Below are positions 5,128-6,021 of a stretch of 6,021 nt of DNA, piece by piece. The DNA comes from a virus. The stretch is from IMG/VR virus record IMGVR_UViG_3300031922_000088, positions 1-6,021 of that record; one strand, given 5' to 3'. Numbering within the stretch: the first letter of the stretch is position 1; each line of letters begins with the position of its first letter. A program made the translations under genes and the position numbers. The notes beneath the pieces were generated by a model. That model made no database searches and had not been told where the DNA came from. It was given only the letters and a program-made list of their open reading frames with translations.

Positions 5128-5599
5128 CGGTCATTCCGTTTGAGGGGTTGCCCGGAATGCCGAAAGCCTCGTGCAAGAGCTGTTGCAGTCGTTTCAGCAG
5201 CACCGCCACAGTTCGCATAATGTATAGTCCTTCCTTCGTTGCCTGGTAGCCGCTGTCATGCGCTACCGCAGGGGCTGGGAAGCTACTCGACACCAGCACT
5301 GCCACTGCCATCAGTGCCAGCGCCTGCACTTTTTTTGCGAGACGTTGGAACGTCCGTCGTGAGCTCGCATCCGCGTTCGTTGCCTCTGCCATTGACTCGA
5401 ACAGCAGCACCGCGATCTCTTGGTCAGTCTTGCCCAGGTCGCGGGCCATGCGTTCGATCACGGCCGCATGCGCGTCCTTCCCGTTTCGCCAGTGCCCGGG
5501 GTTGCCGTTGGAGAGGCCGAGCGCCATACAGGCCTTTCGGTCACTTGTCAAGCCTTTGACAACCTTCCATTTCTCGAAAAGTTCGGCGGTTACTGGCAT
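5075..5599 (-). CDS. HTH DNA-binding regulator, phage repressor-like, with a predicted transmembrane segment
   Basis: Start chosen at ATG 5599 (GAGGG 8 nt upstream), giving 174 aa. LTSDRKACMALGLSNGNPGHWRNG resembles a Cro/CI-type helix-turn-helix. It is divergent from the replication/structural operon. A hydrophobic stretch VQALALMAVAVLVSSSFPAPAVA (residues ~91-113) follows a basic patch. Confidence 0.6.
   Translation of the reverse strand: MPVTAELFEKWKVVKGLTSDRKACMALGLSNGNPGHWRNGKDAHAAVIERMARDLGKTDQEIAVLLFESMAEATNADASSRRTFQRLAKKVQALALMAVAVLVSSSFPAPAVAHDSGYQATKEGLYIMRTVAVLLKRLQQLLHEAFGIPGNPSNGMTDGKTALLRETWHHGLPA
5210..5237 (+). other. dif-like attP for XerC/XerD-mediated integration (XerC arm + central region conserved, XerD arm degenerate)
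   Basis: AGTTCGCATAA-TGTATA-GTCCTTCCTTC was compared with E. coli dif GGTGCGCATAA-TGTATA-TTATGTTAAAT. The XerC arm matches 9/11, the central region 6/6 and the XerD arm 2/11. The 15-mer TTCGCATAATGTATA (5212-5226) is the reverse complement of the TATACATTATGCGAA core that I recall being reported for Xanthomonas filamentous phage attP/dif. Confidence 0.75.
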
Positions 5600-5665
5600 G
5601 TGCAAACCCTCTTGACTTGGTGAGCAAAGGCATTGTACGGTCCTGCTCGTGCAACCTGCTTGCAC
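5600..5665. promoter_or_regulatory. Divergent switch region: candidate operators and overlapping face-to-face promoters
   Basis: A perfect palindrome GTGCAA-cctgc-TTGCAC lies at 5649-5665. A related site GTGCAA-accctc-TTGACT at 5600-5617 abuts the repressor start codon. The leftward -10 TACAAT is the reverse complement of 5632-5637. The rightward candidate is TTGACT (5612-5617), an 18-nt spacer, then TACGGT (5636-5641). Confidence 0.4.
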
Positions 5666-5751
5666 ACCGGGGGCCAGGCTCCCGCACGCCGTCAGCGGCC
5701 TCTGCGGGTGCCCCGGTTTCCCCCGGCCCACCTCTCACCTGGAGAGCACGC

Positions 5752-5967
5752 ATGACCCGTACTCAGTGGATCCTCGACTACCGCCGCGCCCGGCTGGTCG
5801 CTCGCTTTGAAGATCGATTTGCCAGCGCTCTACCTAGCGCCTTGCTCTCGGTCGGCACCTACTCCTGCTCCCAAGCCGCCTACGCGGCGGCCCTTCGCTA
5901 CAAGTGGGACGCGCTGTCTCTGCCCTTGCTCAAGGGGTGTCCTCGCGTCTCTGGTGCCCGCTCATGA
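5752..5967 (+). CDS. Hypothetical 71-aa protein, first gene of the rightward operon
   Basis: GGAGAG at 5741-5746 lies 5 nt before ATG 5752. Third-position GC is high. The stop overlaps a possible rep ATG (ATGA). I recognise no motif. Confidence 0.5.
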   Translation: MTRTQWILDYRRARLVARFEDRFASALPSALLSVGTYSCSQAAYAAALRYKWDALSLPLLKGCPRVSGARS

Positions 5968-6021
5968 GGCCCGCACGGGACTTTTCCGCGCTCGAGCCGC
6001 AGGACAAGCGGCGCGGCCGCC
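5964..6021 (+). CDS. Possible true 5' end of the rep gene (continues through 1-114 into the 115..1083 ORF once the genome is circularised)
   Basis: ATG at 5964-5966 overlaps the TGA stop of the 71-aa ORF (ATGA), the same coupling motif as the rep/ssb junction at 1080-1083. The frame of the 115 ORF has no stop between position 1 and 115. Third-position GC is high, about 30 of 39 codons by hand count. Confidence 0.35.
   Translation, partial: MRPARDFSALEPQDKRRGR
5967..6021. repeat. Terminal direct repeat, copy 2 (circular-contig overlap)
   Basis: Exact 55/55 identity to 1-55. The window ends exactly at the end of the repeat. Confidence 0.95.

Larger units (their letters stand above)
1..5966. 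mobile_element. Complete circular genome unit of a filamentous (inovirus-type) temperate phage / Xer-dependent integrative element
   Basis: Each inovirus module (Rep, ssDNA-binding, coat, adsorption, g6-like, Zot/g1-like) is present once, plus a divergent repressor module and a dif-like attP. The last 55 nt repeat the first 55 nt exactly, so the unit is 5,966 bp. Confidence 0.85.

Noticed and set aside
4690-5220. 176-aa plus-strand ORF (and the overlapping 4640..4840 and 4656..4910 ORFs)
   Set aside because: The translations are Pro/Arg/Ala-rich and low-complexity. They lie antisense to the minus-strand ORFs, which have an HTH motif, an RBS and a better codon pattern. The left part lies in the non-coding GC-rich block.
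5600-5731. Upstream GTG extension of the repressor-like ORF (track start 5731), and 5617-5751 for the 71-aa ORF
   Set aside because: The extensions are Gly/Pro/Cys/Ser-rich and lack an RBS. They would consume the whole divergent regulatory region. Both internal ATGs have well-spaced Shine-Dalgarno sequences.

Overview
The window is one complete, circularly permuted genome of a small filamentous ssDNA phage (inovirus-type). The unit length is 5,966 bp, followed by an exact 55-nt terminal overlap (1-55 = 5967-6021).

The plus strand carries the canonical inovirus gene order, tightly packed with ATGA/TAATG start-stop overlaps: a 71-aa orphan ORF, a Rep_trans-like rolling-circle initiator, a g5p-like ssDNA-binding protein, a 64-aa membrane protein, a g8p-like major coat protein, a hairpin terminator, a g3p-like adsorption protein, a g6p-like protein, and a Zot/g1p-like assembly NTPase. 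No secretin gene is present.

The minus strand carries a lysogeny/integration module: an HTH repressor-like ORF and a small ORF that I think is DUF3653/XafT-like.

The most interesting points are:
- A dif-like attP has an intact XerC arm and central region but a degenerate XerD arm. This marks a Xer-exploiting integrative element (IMEX) of the TLCphi type.
- This attP lies inside the repressor ORF, upstream of the putative Xer-activator gene.
- The repressor-like protein has a predicted transmembrane segment.
- The g3-g6 virion-tip module has clearly lower GC than the rest of the genome.
- The AT-rich intergenic island contains three TTGACA-bearing repeats that can form alternative hairpins.
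- The rep reading frame probably crosses the artificial linearisation point.

All homology statements come from motif recognition by eye and need a database search. I saw no tRNA, rRNA or CRISPR array.
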